Positions 1 to 10,961 of a stretch of 64,000 bases of DNA are shown here, one piece after another. The first letter of the stretch is position 1. Every line of letters starts with the position of its first letter. The DNA is taken from the NCBI RefSeq assembly GCF_018977255.1, contig NW_024704742.1, positions 110,548,001 through 110,612,000 on the forward strand, given 5' to 3'. The position numbers and the translations under genes were made by a program. Source of the DNA: Callorhinchus milii. Taxonomy: Eukaryota. The notes beneath the pieces were generated by a model. The model did not search any database. It worked only from the letters and a program-made list of their open reading frames with translations, and was not told the origin of the DNA.

Positions 1-350
1 AGGGTTTCGGCAGCCTGAGGGTTGAGGCAGTGGCGGAGTCTGGCAATGTTGCGGAGGTGGTGGTAGTCAGTGCCGGTCATGGCGCGGATGTGGGGGAGAA
101 AGGACAGTTCAGGGTCAAACAAGACACCCAGGTTCCTGACTGGCTTTGTGAGGATGAGTGTGCAGCCATGGAGGCTGATGTTGCCAGCGCCCGAAGTGCG
201 GAGGGAATGGCGTGAGCCAATCGGGAGGACCTCGGTCTTGCTGACGTTAAGTTGGAGAAGGTTGTCCCTCATCCAGGACTTGATGTCGGACAGGCAGTTG
301 GTCAGAACGCCAGTAGTCGTGGAGTTCAGGGTAGGGGCAGAGAGATAGAG
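1..350 (-). mobile_element. L2 LINE ORF2 fragment (post-YADD RT region), runs off window start
   Basis: Minus strand reads LYLSAPTLNSTTTGVLTNCLSDIKSWMRDNLLQLNVSKTEV, closely matching the L2 peptide at ~23840-23960. Confidence 0.9.
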
Positions 351-401
351 ATGAATTATACATGTGTACTATGAACTATACATTCTGTATAATCAATGGA
401 A

Positions 402-590
402 ATCATAGAACGTTTGCAGCACAGAAGGAGGCGAATTGCCTATGGTTTCTGTGCTGGTGCTAGATCCCTGAGTTGAGCGATCTATTCTACACCCATTCTG
501 TATCTCATTTCACTCAATCTTTAATATTAATTTTACTCAAGTATTTATCCAATTCCCTTTTAAATGCTGCTACAACTTGACTTCAACAAC
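402..590 (-). mobile_element. Old CR1-type LINE 3' end
   Basis: atcatagaa tail plus gcacagaaggaggc motif also seen at 4690, 8930, 12470 and 51075. Confidence 0.55.
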
Positions 591-790
591 CATTTGAAGA
601 CAAGGGAGTTGAAGAAAATTTTCTCTGGTGTCCTGGCCAACAACCAGCTGAATAAAATTGGTCAATCACTCTGCAGCTGTTTGTGAGACACTGCTGTGTG
701 CAAATTAGCTGCCACCTTCTCTCACAAAATACAAACAGTCAACCGATTTTGCAATATACCCTGTATAGTGCTTTGAGAGAACTATACAGG
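590..790 (+). mobile_element. Deu-domain SINE, 3' part
   Basis: ggtgtcctggccaac ... ctgtttgtgagacactgctgtgtgcaaattagctgcc, as in fuller copies at 9395 and 17415. Confidence 0.7.
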
Positions 791-799
791 GTATATTCC

Positions 800-1092
800 C
801 AGGGCGGGGAAGCAGAGAGATCGAAAGCACAGTCGAAGAGGAAGGTCTTGAGATGGGTATTGAAGGTGGCAAGGGAGGGGGCGCGATGGAGGGACTGTGG
901 GATGGAGTTCCAGCGGGTGGGGGCAGAGTGGCGGAAGCCCTACCCGCCAATAGTGGGGCGAGCAATGTGGGGGACAAGAAGCAAGCTGGAGCCCACTGAG
1001 CGGAGGCAGCGAACAGGATGGTAGGGGGTTAGGAGGTCACAGAGGTAGGCGGGAGCAAGACCGTGGAGGGCTTTGAAGGTGAGGGCCAGGAG
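800..1092 (-). mobile_element. L2 LINE ORF2 C-terminal fragment
   Basis: ORF 940-1143 gives LTFKALHGLAPAYLCDLLTPYHPVRCLRS, a typical L2 C-terminus. Confidence 0.9.
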
Positions 1093-1402
1093 TGGTAATG
1101 TAAGAACATAAGAAATCATGGAATGAGAAGCAGGGATAGGCATGTGGGGCCATTCAGTCCATCAATATTATTATTATTATTATTATTATTATATTATTAT
1201 CAAGGTGGGGGAAGGGGGAGGGAATGAGTAATAGAGTACTTTGAAAATTGAACCAGTCAAACAAGTCTTTCCAGGTGTCGCACATTTCTTTAGAGTAAAA
1301 ATTGCAAAATCCAATATCGTAATTATCATTAATGGACGCGTGGCATTTGCAGAAAAGTAAAATGACCTCCTTAGACTTTATGAAAATCAATAATAAAAAT
1401 AG

Positions 1403-1684
1403 TGATCCTTACATTTTATATAGCGCCTTATCACATCTTTGAGAAGTCTCAAAGCACTTCACAGAGTATACTGTAAAGTGTAGTGATTGTATATTTTGTG
1501 GGTGAGACTCAGCAGCCAATTGCGCACAGACGTGTCCCACCAAAAGTCATGGATTGAAGTGACCAACTTATTATTATTATTATTATTAATTTTTTAAAGG
1601 AACTATTACCCCCGGAAAAGTGACCCAACTCAAGTGATCTAACAACCGGGTTCCTACTTACTGGTAGATAAACAGAGGAGTGGA
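1403..1684 (-). mobile_element. tRNA-derived SINE, long subfamily, 5'-truncated
   Basis: Matches 39747-40102, including caaccgggttcctacttactggtagataaacagagg. Confidence 0.85.
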
Positions 1685-2234
1685 CTCAAAGCACTTTGTA
1701 GCAGTCATTGAGCTGACCTGACCTGTATCCAAACCAAAGTACGGGGCAACCTTGTTATTGTGGGTGTCAGCATTTTGGAGGGGGGTTGGTGGAATGCTGA
1801 CTTAACTCAAGTTACGCAGTTTTTAATCCAACAACCATTTTCACAAAGTTTTTTTTGGGTGGGAGTCAGGGAGTATGGACAGCATTCATTCACAGCCAGT
1901 TATTGACTGGGACTTTATGAGGGACAGAAAGTCCAACAATGTGATAATTATCACTGGTGATGATCATGATGATGAATGTCACATTATTCAGCTCATTTTT
2001 CCTGCGTACAGCATTAAACATTGATGGAAAAAATATGGCACATAGTCTTACAAGGAATAGAATGGAATTAGAGCAGAGAGGCTTAGAATGGGACTCTGGT
2101 GTAATAATAAACATATCACTTTCAGTAATATTGACAAATGATGAAGCAATTAAAATGTTAATGTAATGGTAAAATAGAAAAGTAGAATACTAGCATATAA
2201 GTCTACAAGAAGGCAAGCGGAGACATCACAGTGC

Positions 2235-2590
2235 ATTGAACTGTGCTCAGTTTTGGTGACCGTGCCATAAAACATATCTATTGCATTAGAAAAGGTACAG
2301 AAGAGCAATACGACTGATCACGAGTTCAAAGGCAATGATCTAAGAAGAAAGATTAGAGAAACATAAGCTTTGCAAACTAGAAATAAAGTGGTGGAAGATG
2401 AGAGAATCTCATCAAAGAATGTAAAATATTTAATGGAGTAGTTCAGGTAAATCCAGATTATTACTTCAAAGTAAATGAAGACCAGGTAACATAATGGAAA
2501 TCAGTGGGAAGTACGCTTATAAATAGCAGAAAAAACTTCTTTGCTTGAAGAATTAGATATGTTTGGAGTAACTTGCTAAACAAGGAATAC
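2235..2590 (+). mobile_element. Decayed CR1 LINE ORF2 3' fragment
   Basis: cagttttgg...ttagaaaaggtacagaagag...gaaagattagagaaac (QFW / LEKVQ / ERL motifs of the CR1 C-terminus), frameshifted. Confidence 0.65.
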
Positions 2591-2922
2591 ATGCAATACC
2601 TTCCTGCTAGTCAAAATATAACAATACTGTCAATACTACGATTGGAGAGTTAGCCATCACCTGCGCTAGGCAGGTAACGTTTAGTGGTGGCATGAATGGT
2701 CCTTTCCAGTCTCTGGTTTTTCCTATATTCTGATTCATATAACAGTTTTTTTTTGGTCAGCTGGGTTATTGAAACAATCAGAAACCTTTTACTGTGCTCA
2801 AGAGTATCCAAACCGAAGTACAGGGCGACTCTGTTATAATGCACCCTGACTTAGCATGGGACCGCAAATGGATTAGGATGGGTCATTTCTTGGAGGCACA
2901 AACACCAATTCGAAAAAAAACT

Positions 2923-3057
2923 GTTCTGACGAAGGGTCGTGGACTCAAAACGTTGACTCGCTTTCCTTTCTCCATAGATGCTGCCTGACCTGCTGCGTTT
3001 TCCCAGCGACTTCTGTTTTTGTTTCAGATTCCAGCATCTGCAGTATTTTGTGTTTTG
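2923..3057 (+). mobile_element. Penelope-like element terminal fragment with a degenerate minimal hammerhead motif
   Basis: gttCTGACGAagggtcgtggactcAAAAcgttgac then tccatagatgctgcctgacctgctg; homologous to 51312-51447 (minus). Confidence 0.7.
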
Positions 3058-3214
3058 ACCAATACGAAAAAAATGGGCTGATTGTCCTCCTACTTTGTCA
3101 TACATTTTTATAGGTCTGGGTAGTGTACAGTGGACCAGTGTCCTGCCCACAGCGCCTCAGTGTCACATTATATCCATGCAACACAGATGGTGTTTAGGAT
3201 ACACTTTGGCTTGG

Positions 3215-3525
3215 TGCTCTTGGTACCTGTATAGGGAGGATAAGAGGGTATTCGAAGGCGCAGTCGAAAAGGAGTGTCTTGAGACATGCCTTGAAGTAGG
3301 CAAAGAAGGGGGCGAGGCAAAGGGAATGTGGGATGAAGTTCCAAGAAATGGGGGCAGAGAGACTGAAGGCCTAACTGCCGATGGGGGGCAGGCCGGGCGG
3401 GGGACATAGACCAGGCCGGAGCCTGATGAGCGGAGGGAACGGACAGGTTGATATGGGGTTAGCAGGACACAGAAGTAGGAAGGGGTAAGGCTGTGGAGGA
3501 CCTTGAAGGCAAGAACAAGGATAAA
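3215..3525 (-). mobile_element. L2 LINE ORF2 C-terminal fragment
   Basis: ORF 3163-3606 contains LVLAFKVLHSLTPSYFCVLLTPYQPVRSLRSSG. Confidence 0.85.
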
Positions 3526-3544
3526 CACAAAGTCCTCAAAGGCA

Positions 3545-3720
3545 AAATAATAATAATAATCCCTGAATTTGATATAGCACTTTATCATGTCTTCGAGACG
3601 ATTCAAAGCCCTTCACAAAATATACTGTAAAGTGAATTGACTATATATATTTTGTGTGCAGCAGCCAATTGCACACAGCAGTATCTTACAAACAGTCATG
3701 GATTGAGTAACCAAATTGCT
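3545..3720 (-). mobile_element. SINE 3' half
   Basis: (taa)n-tccctgaatttgatatagc ... gcagccaattgcacacagca. Confidence 0.8.
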
Positions 3721-5639
3721 TTGGGTGCATTACTGTATGGGCATCTGAGTCTGGGCTAGGAGCTGTGGGGGTAGGGAGGGAAAAAATAACCGAAAGCACA
3801 GACAAAGAGATACTTATTGAAATGTACCTTGTAGATATAGACCAGCATGACTGGAATTTGATTTAACAATGAATTTAGCATTATATAGATAGAGAGGATG
3901 TGGCGAAAGTGATTTCAGTATTTGGATTTCATGAGATATTGTTCTTAACACCTGCAGAAAGTAGTCTAATCAGTAAAGATTTGTTCTTTATAGGTGTTTT
4001 CACCAGAACTCAGGAAAGAACAAAGAGCAGTAAAAAAGATAAGCAAGTTCTGCCACAAGTGGATTTGCCTGGCTAGACTTGAACAAAACCAAGCTTTAAT
4101 CTAAGTAACCTTTCAGTCCATCCATAACTCTAAGTAGGTGGAGTTGACCTTTACTGTAAATACTTAAAAGCGTGCAAGTCAGAAATAGTTTTTTACAGAG
4201 TGGGTGGCCAGTTTTCATTCTCACCTGATTAGATTGGAAATGAAAGATCAATGTGACTTTGTATCACATAAACAATGATTTTGAGAAGGTCTAAATTGGA
4301 ATCGGTCTTCACTTGAAAGACTTTATATGAAAATCACACTTTAAAAACGGTCGAAAGACTGACTACAATTTCTCCTGACAAATTTCACTTTAATGAACCA
4401 ATCTCTTGCTAAAGCTGTGCAGAGCTGCTACCAACATTGCACCTCCCACCTACATCATCATAACAAAGGCAGAGCACCATGAACTCTTCAATTAGATTCT
4501 CAGCCACTTAATTCACAATGTAGTTGTGTTGCTTAGGTTTCTAATTGTGGAAAGTAGTCTATTATTGAAAATAAATCCCTAATTCTCCTCTTTGAGCTGG
4601 TATAGCACCACTATTTAAATGATCTGAGACGTGGAGGGCGGTATATAAGTGCAAGTTGTTGTTGTTGTATAAATACTTGCCTTGTTATAAACATAGAAAC
4701 CTGCAGCGCAGAAGGAAGCCATTCAGCCCATCGAGTCTGCACTGGGCTGCTGCAGTTGGGACAAATTTGTTATATGAAGTGATCAACCTAATTGCACATT
4801 GTTAGAGATCTTTCCTCCAGACAAAGAACCAACAACTGATAGGATTTCCTGTTTAACACATCATTGAACGTTTTAAGTGACATCAATACCAGAAAGGTTC
4901 AAAGTCAGTAAAAATAGACTTTCTTAATAAGTTCATACATTCAGTCTTCATTAGTATGGTCAGGTTTTCTACGTTTGCGAAATCAAAGACAGTTTATCAA
5001 AAGAGCACAGCCTTTTGAAGAAATATTTGATTGACACACAAATGACTTCTGTGACCCATAAACATTACTCAAGTTGTTTGTAAAAAATATCAAATAGGGG
5101 GAGACGGTTGTAATTTCAAGGCTGAGTACCTTGTGGCATGTGGCCACACAAGCTCAGCTATTAAAATGATAACACTATGTACAGCCTTAGGGAAACCAAC
5201 ATAAAATAAGTGAAGTTCTTGTTGTATTGGTATGGCATTTTAACTTCACTCTTTGATTTTTCAGACTGGAAACAAAAGAATTGCTAGCAGCTTGTTTCCA
5301 TAAAACGTACAAATGGCTACTGGCATTTCTACTATTAAATAAACATTGGGAGCCCAGTCTGAAACAGAGGCACCGCGGTCACAGTACTTAATCTTTTTTA
5401 AAAACTCAGTCATTGAAGACCTAGAATTAAAGTATGGTAAATCCAAGGCAGGGGCAATAAGTGGGAAATGCTGGTATTATCTAGCTGGAAGAAATTGTTT
5501 GCTATTAAAAAGACAGTTTGCGTTAAGAAGATATTGACAAGTGATAATAAACTAATAGTAGGGGAGATTTATTCAAGTGGGTATATCACAGTGGAGATGT
5601 ACAATATGGTATACCAACATGTTGTTCTGCAGCCTGGTT

Positions 5640-6025
5640 CACTTTGGCCAGCCATGTGTCCAACCATTCAGTAACTCAACATCATGCTTGTACCCAAACC
5701 AGTTTGAGAGATCTACATGTATATGTTTGCCACCTACACATGGAAATTTCCCTGAGTCTGAAGTAGAATGCACACTCACTCCCTGGAGGGTACACCTTGT
5801 TTTATGTAATTCTAGAGAAGATGAGGTACAGGTTGGCAAGAACGAAGGCTGGGACCCAGAGTGTGCATTGGTGTGCTGCTGGAGTTTAACCAACTAAAAC
5901 CACATAGAGTACCCTCTGCCAAGCTTCCCCACACTACCAGTTAGGACTTTGCCAGGTTAACGGGAGCCTCATGGGAAGAATTCCTGCCACCAGCGACTGG
6001 TCTGCCTTTCTAAGTCCTGTTGAGC
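5640..6025 (+). repeat. Unclassified old interspersed repeat, copy 1 of 3
   Basis: Shares gaatgcacactcactccctgga, aattctaga, caggttggcaaga and aagcttccc blocks with 52330-52910 (minus) and 62410-62790. Confidence 0.7.
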
Positions 6026-6029
6026 AATG

Positions 6030-6302
6030 TTGCATTGTTGATGGGGCCTTCAAGTGAGATTTTAAACTGAGGTCCTGTTCAGATAAACATGTCTCTATTC
6101 AAAAACAGAAGGGAGTTCCTCTGAGTTTCCTGGTCAACAATCCTCCAGATAAAATCATCCACTTCATGGTGGTTTATGAGACATTGCTGAGTGCAAGTAG
6201 GCTACCGCACATGCTTCAAAATACAGTCACTACACTTTGAGTCAAAATCCTGTAAAGCAGTTTCAACAATATGCTAAGACATTTCAAATGGTAGGATTAT
6301 TA
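6030..6302 (+). mobile_element. Deu-domain SINE, 5'-truncated
   Basis: gagattttaaactgaggtcc ... cctggtcaacaatc ... ggattattat tail. Confidence 0.7.
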
Positions 6303-6674
6303 TAGCATGCAATAAGGATCCAGCAGTAATTTCCCTCAAATCCTTTTGAGGAGTCAACTAGCAGTTTATAGATTTCGCTTGCTGAAAGTTGTAACGTACA
6401 ATCAATAACCAAAGGGGTAATGAGAATTCCAGTAAAAGTACAACTAAATACTAAAATATACCTTGATTATGACAACAGTGCCAAATGCAGACATTTAATG
6501 ACAATTCGATTGAAACTTTGTGTTCATGTCAACTACTCAATGCCTTGTTATTTTCTGCGGTTTCATTTTGAATCTTTCGCTTGGCATTTCTTACATGTTT
6601 CACTTTTTTAAAAAACATGTGAGATAACACTGGACAGATGAGAAAAAGGGTCCTTGATTTAAAGTCTTATGGAA

Positions 6675-7230
6675 AGGCTCAGTTGGTAGCACTCTTGCCT
6701 CTCTCGGTCAGAAGGTTGTGGGTTCAAGTTCCACATCGGGGCTTTGGACTCATATAGTCTAGGCTGACACTCCAATGCAGTGCTGGGGGTGTGCTGCATT
6801 GCCAGTGGTGCTGCTTTTGCATGAGACATTAAACCAAGAACCCATCTGCCTGTTCTCGTGGATGTGAAAGATCCCATGGTACAAATCAAAAGGGAAGGGA
6901 ATTTTGGGCACAATTCCCAGATAAAATTGTTCATAAATGAAGTGGGACATTACTGTGTGCAAATTAGCTGCCTACAACATACACATTCACAACACTTTAA
7001 AGTAAATGCTGTGATCTTCCAAAGCACTTCACATGATTTACTTGAAAGTGTAGTGTCTATGTATTCTGTAGGCGAACATAGCAGCCAATTTGCAGTGTCC
7101 CTCTGACCATAAATTGTAGGTGGGACATTTCTGTGTGCAAATTAGCTGCCACATTCCCCTACAAATTCGTAGTTAAAACTCTGTGAAGTACTTTGAGATG
7201 TTCAACATAATATGGTAAATGCAAGGATTA
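6675..7230 (+). mobile_element. Deu-domain SINE with rearranged 3' part
   Basis: A box ggctcagttgg, B box ggttcaagttcc, Deu-like atgagacattaaacc...gtggatgtgaaagatcccatgg; inverted 3' piece at ~7020-7095. Confidence 0.75.
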
Positions 7231-9394
7231 TGAATTCTATCCAAATGTGTGTTAGTAACACTCAAACAGCACGGATCGAGTACAAGAATAAAAAAAAATG
7301 AACAGAACTCAAAATAATACTGGGCATCTGCATGTATATCTTTTAAAACTTTTACTAAGGGTCCATTTACAAAATGCGTTTTCTGTCACAAACCCATTTG
7401 CAAAACTCATTTAAACTACGGCACACAAAATAGTATAGGATATTTCCAAAAAGAAATAGACACAAACAATGAGAATAACGGTCGATTTATGAGATTCCAA
7501 ACTCTTTCCGCAATACATCAGAGAGACTGGTGGAAAAATTGAGGGATCATGAGATCTTTGTAAATCACACCCTCAACTTGTGCCAAATGGGTTATAGCCC
7601 AAGGGTTTGTAAACAGCTCCCTCTTGTGGGGACACACCACTCTCTCCAGGGCAGGGCATATAATCCATTGTCCAGGAATCTTGACATACTGTAACATTGC
7701 TAAAGGAAATCGTAAATTAAAGGTATCTTGCTAACTTGGTTTCAAAAAGCTCCACTGCATGCTTGACTGCCACTTTCACCCACAAATACACAGTCACTAC
7801 ACTTTCCAGTAAAATCCTGTGATGGGTTTTGAGACGGCTCAACGATATAAGGTGCTATATCAAATGCAAGGTTTATAAGCTCAGGAATTTTGCAAATTAA
7901 TGACTTAACCAACATAACCCAGCAATCTTTCTGGGCCAGTCAACTTGACAGTTGATGGCATAAAAAAAAACATAATCACTTGGGAGATGTACAATCATTT
8001 AATTTTCTGAGTCCTCAATGCAAGAGCAAAATGCCAAACATCAGCACTTGTAAGAAATGCCATATTCCTTACTGAATCTAACTGAAAAAGATTTAACTAC
8101 CAAATAGTTCATAGTTTTTCAGAGGAAAAGCATAGCACATGATTTTGTCAGTTGTGTCTCACTATTACAATTAGTTGGTTCTAATACTTTTTTAAACAAG
8201 CAGCATTTTCTATCTGATAAAACCAAATCTATATTGGATTATTTGGAATAACGTTACGAAAATAGAATATATTTCTTTGCAGCAAACCCATCTCTGGTAA
8301 GGTCTGAATGTTTTGGGCACAGTGCTTCATAAAAGGGATAGAATTCATTCTGTTCTCAACGTAAACCAGATCTATATTAATTAGGCTTTCTTTAAAAGGT
8401 AAACATTCAGACTAAATGTATTCTCCCATTAGCCAAGGTCAATCTTGGGCAGGAGGATGGAGGCAGAAGGTTCTTATACTTAATAAGTCATGGTACATTT
8501 TATTTCATACAAGTACTTGTGTAGCACCCTAGTATATGTGTAACTATATTATACACTTTTCAGATAGTTGAACACATTTGGATAACATTAAGCATTCAGA
8601 GGACTAAGATTGCTGGCAAGAGGTCAAAAGCAAACAGGAGGTCACAGGGGAAGGCAAGGTGGATCTCTGGTGGCTGAGGGAGGTTGTTAGTTGAGTAGAA
8701 GACGGGGTGGTAAAGCCCCTCTTTCCTTGATCATTTTGTTGGTGTCAAATCCCTCAACTGTCCAGCACTTTGGGACAACATGAAAGGGCTCTAAAAATGC
8801 AATTTGTTGTTGTTAGATCAGAGAGACATCATTGGTGGTGCGAGGGGAAAGTTCTTACACAGCTTAATGTTTCTCCTCCCCAAAGTAAAGCCTAACCATC
8901 ATCTTTTCACATTGAATTTGGTTCCATAGATAGAACTATAGAAATGTACAGTACAGAAGAAAGGCTATTTGGCCCAATGTGTCTGAGCTGGCTCTTTGAA
9001 ATATGTTTCCCCACACTTTTCCAATCAGGGCATTATTGCACCAGAGTTGTGCAAATAAAAAAAATGAACAGAACTCAAAATGATACTCAGCATCTTATGA
9101 ACTGGGCATCTTATGAAAAAATGATACTGGGCATCTTATGAAAAAATGAACAGAACTCAAAATGATACTGTATACCTTTTTAGATGCCTGCGGTTAATTC
9201 CAAGTCCCCCTCCCCTCAACAACCTCCTCACCTCTCCCTTGCTCAATCTTCAACCCCATCTTTGTAAAGCACTCTGAGATGTTGTACCATTTGAAAGGCA
9301 CTATAGAAATGTATGTTGTTGTTTTTCACTTCTGAGAAGTGTGAATAATAAGAGTCAGTGTGCTGTGAGCTCCTCTCTCTGGAAAAACATCTCA

Positions 9395-9850
9395 GCCTGG
9401 CTCAGCAGTAGCACTCTTGCCTCTGAATCAGAAAGTTGTGGGTTCAAGAACCACATCAGGACTTGGAATCACATAGTCTAAGCTGAAACTCCAATGCAAT
9501 GCTGGGGATGTGTTTCATTGTTGGAGGTGCCGTATTTTGGATGAGATATTAAACCGAGGTCCCATCTGTCTGTACAGGTGAATGTTCAGCGCTTTTGGAC
9601 ATCCTCCCGACTTGAAAGGTGCTATATAAATGCAACTTGTTGTTACTGCTCTTAAATGGTACTATTTGTAAGCAATCCTCCAAATAAAATTGATCAATCA
9701 CTTCATGGCTGTCTGTGGGACATTGCTGTGCACAAATTAGCTATCGCATTCGCCCACGAATACACTCATTCCACTTCACAATAAATCCTGTGAAGCGCTT
9801 TGGGACGTCTTCCTGATGTGAAATGGGCTATACCAAATGTAAGGATTATT
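9395..9850 (+). mobile_element. Deu-domain SINE interrupted by an L2 3' tail (~9588-9645)
   Basis: tRNA head, ggaggtgccgtattttggatgagatattaaaccgaggtccc, L2-like tail. Confidence 0.8.
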
Positions 9851-10289
9851 AATATCATTAAGGTGCCACAATAGTAATGAAAACACGAATATAATATAGA
9901 CATTAGATAATGCATTTGATATTGTGCTTACAACATCAAAACATCTTAAAATCCTTCATAGATAATTGCTAACAAATTTAATGACTTTATTGGGTTAGGT
10001 TAAGACCATTGGGAATTGGAGGCCTCAGATCTCCGCATGGCCAGAGCAGTGACGGGTCGTACTGCCTGTATTTGGGGTCTCTGTACAGCATCATATTGCC
10101 TGTACTCAGGATTTCACTGTACAGGCATCACATTACCTGTATTCAGGACATTGCTCGATGAGTGACATCGACTAACAATTGGGTTCCTAGTTACTGTTGG
10201 ATAGACAGAGGCATGTGTGTGGAGTAAGGAAACTTGCCTAAGGTTTCACCCTTAGTATTTTATTTTGTAGATAGCACCTTGCCCTTTTC

Positions 10290-10680
10290 AGCGTCATACA
10301 GTGTCACCTCGTAAGTAGCGGCTCGCCTTGCAAGTGAGAGGACCTGGATTCAATTCCCAGGTGGGGCGAAAAGGCAAGTTTCCTTTGTTAACTCTGTTGG
10401 TTATTCAGTTGATCACAAGATTCTGACTCCACACACCTCTATTTACCTAGCAGTAAGCAAAAACCCGGTTGTTAATCATTTGGCTGATTGCTTTCTGGGA
10501 GAAATAATCCTTCCAAAAATCCACAACTGTTTGTGCGACACTGCTGTGCGCAATCGGCTTCTGCGTTTCGCCCACAAAATACACAGTCAATCCACTTTAC
10601 AGTATCTCTGTGAAGTGCTTTGAGATGTCTCAATGACATGGTAAGGTGCTATATCAAATGCAAGGATTGTTATTATTATT
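10290..10680 (+). mobile_element. tRNA-derived SINE, long subfamily, with 40-bp foreign insert at 10386-10425
   Basis: ctcgccttgcaagtgagag, ggcaagtttcctt[insert]actccacac, caaggattgttattatt tail. Confidence 0.85.
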
Positions 10681-10880
10681 TTGTAGGAGTATGGACACGG
10701 CAGCATAGTCTGCAGACGCACAACCTTCTGGGCTCACACACCAGGAAATAACACTTGGATGCTGGGATTAGATTAGAAGGCAACCAGCATTTATAAAGTC
10801 TGAGCAAGGTCCATCAGGAGAGAATGGGAGAAAATTGGAAACAAATGCTCTTGGCAGGGCTGACTATATATACTTGTTAT

Positions 10881-10961
10881 ACTTAAAAGTAATATACATT
10901 ATATAGACTTAAAAGTAATACACATTATATATATTTAAAAGTAATATATGCATTACTTTTA
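10881..10961. repeat. 26-bp tandem repeat (~2.6 units) ending in a hairpin
   Basis: acttaaaagtaatatacattatata units at 10881, 10907 and 10933. Confidence 0.85.

Noticed and set aside
5265..5390. Possible exon after ttttcag (LETKELLAACF...)
   Set aside because: No convincing donor, frame ends in a stop, no recognisable protein
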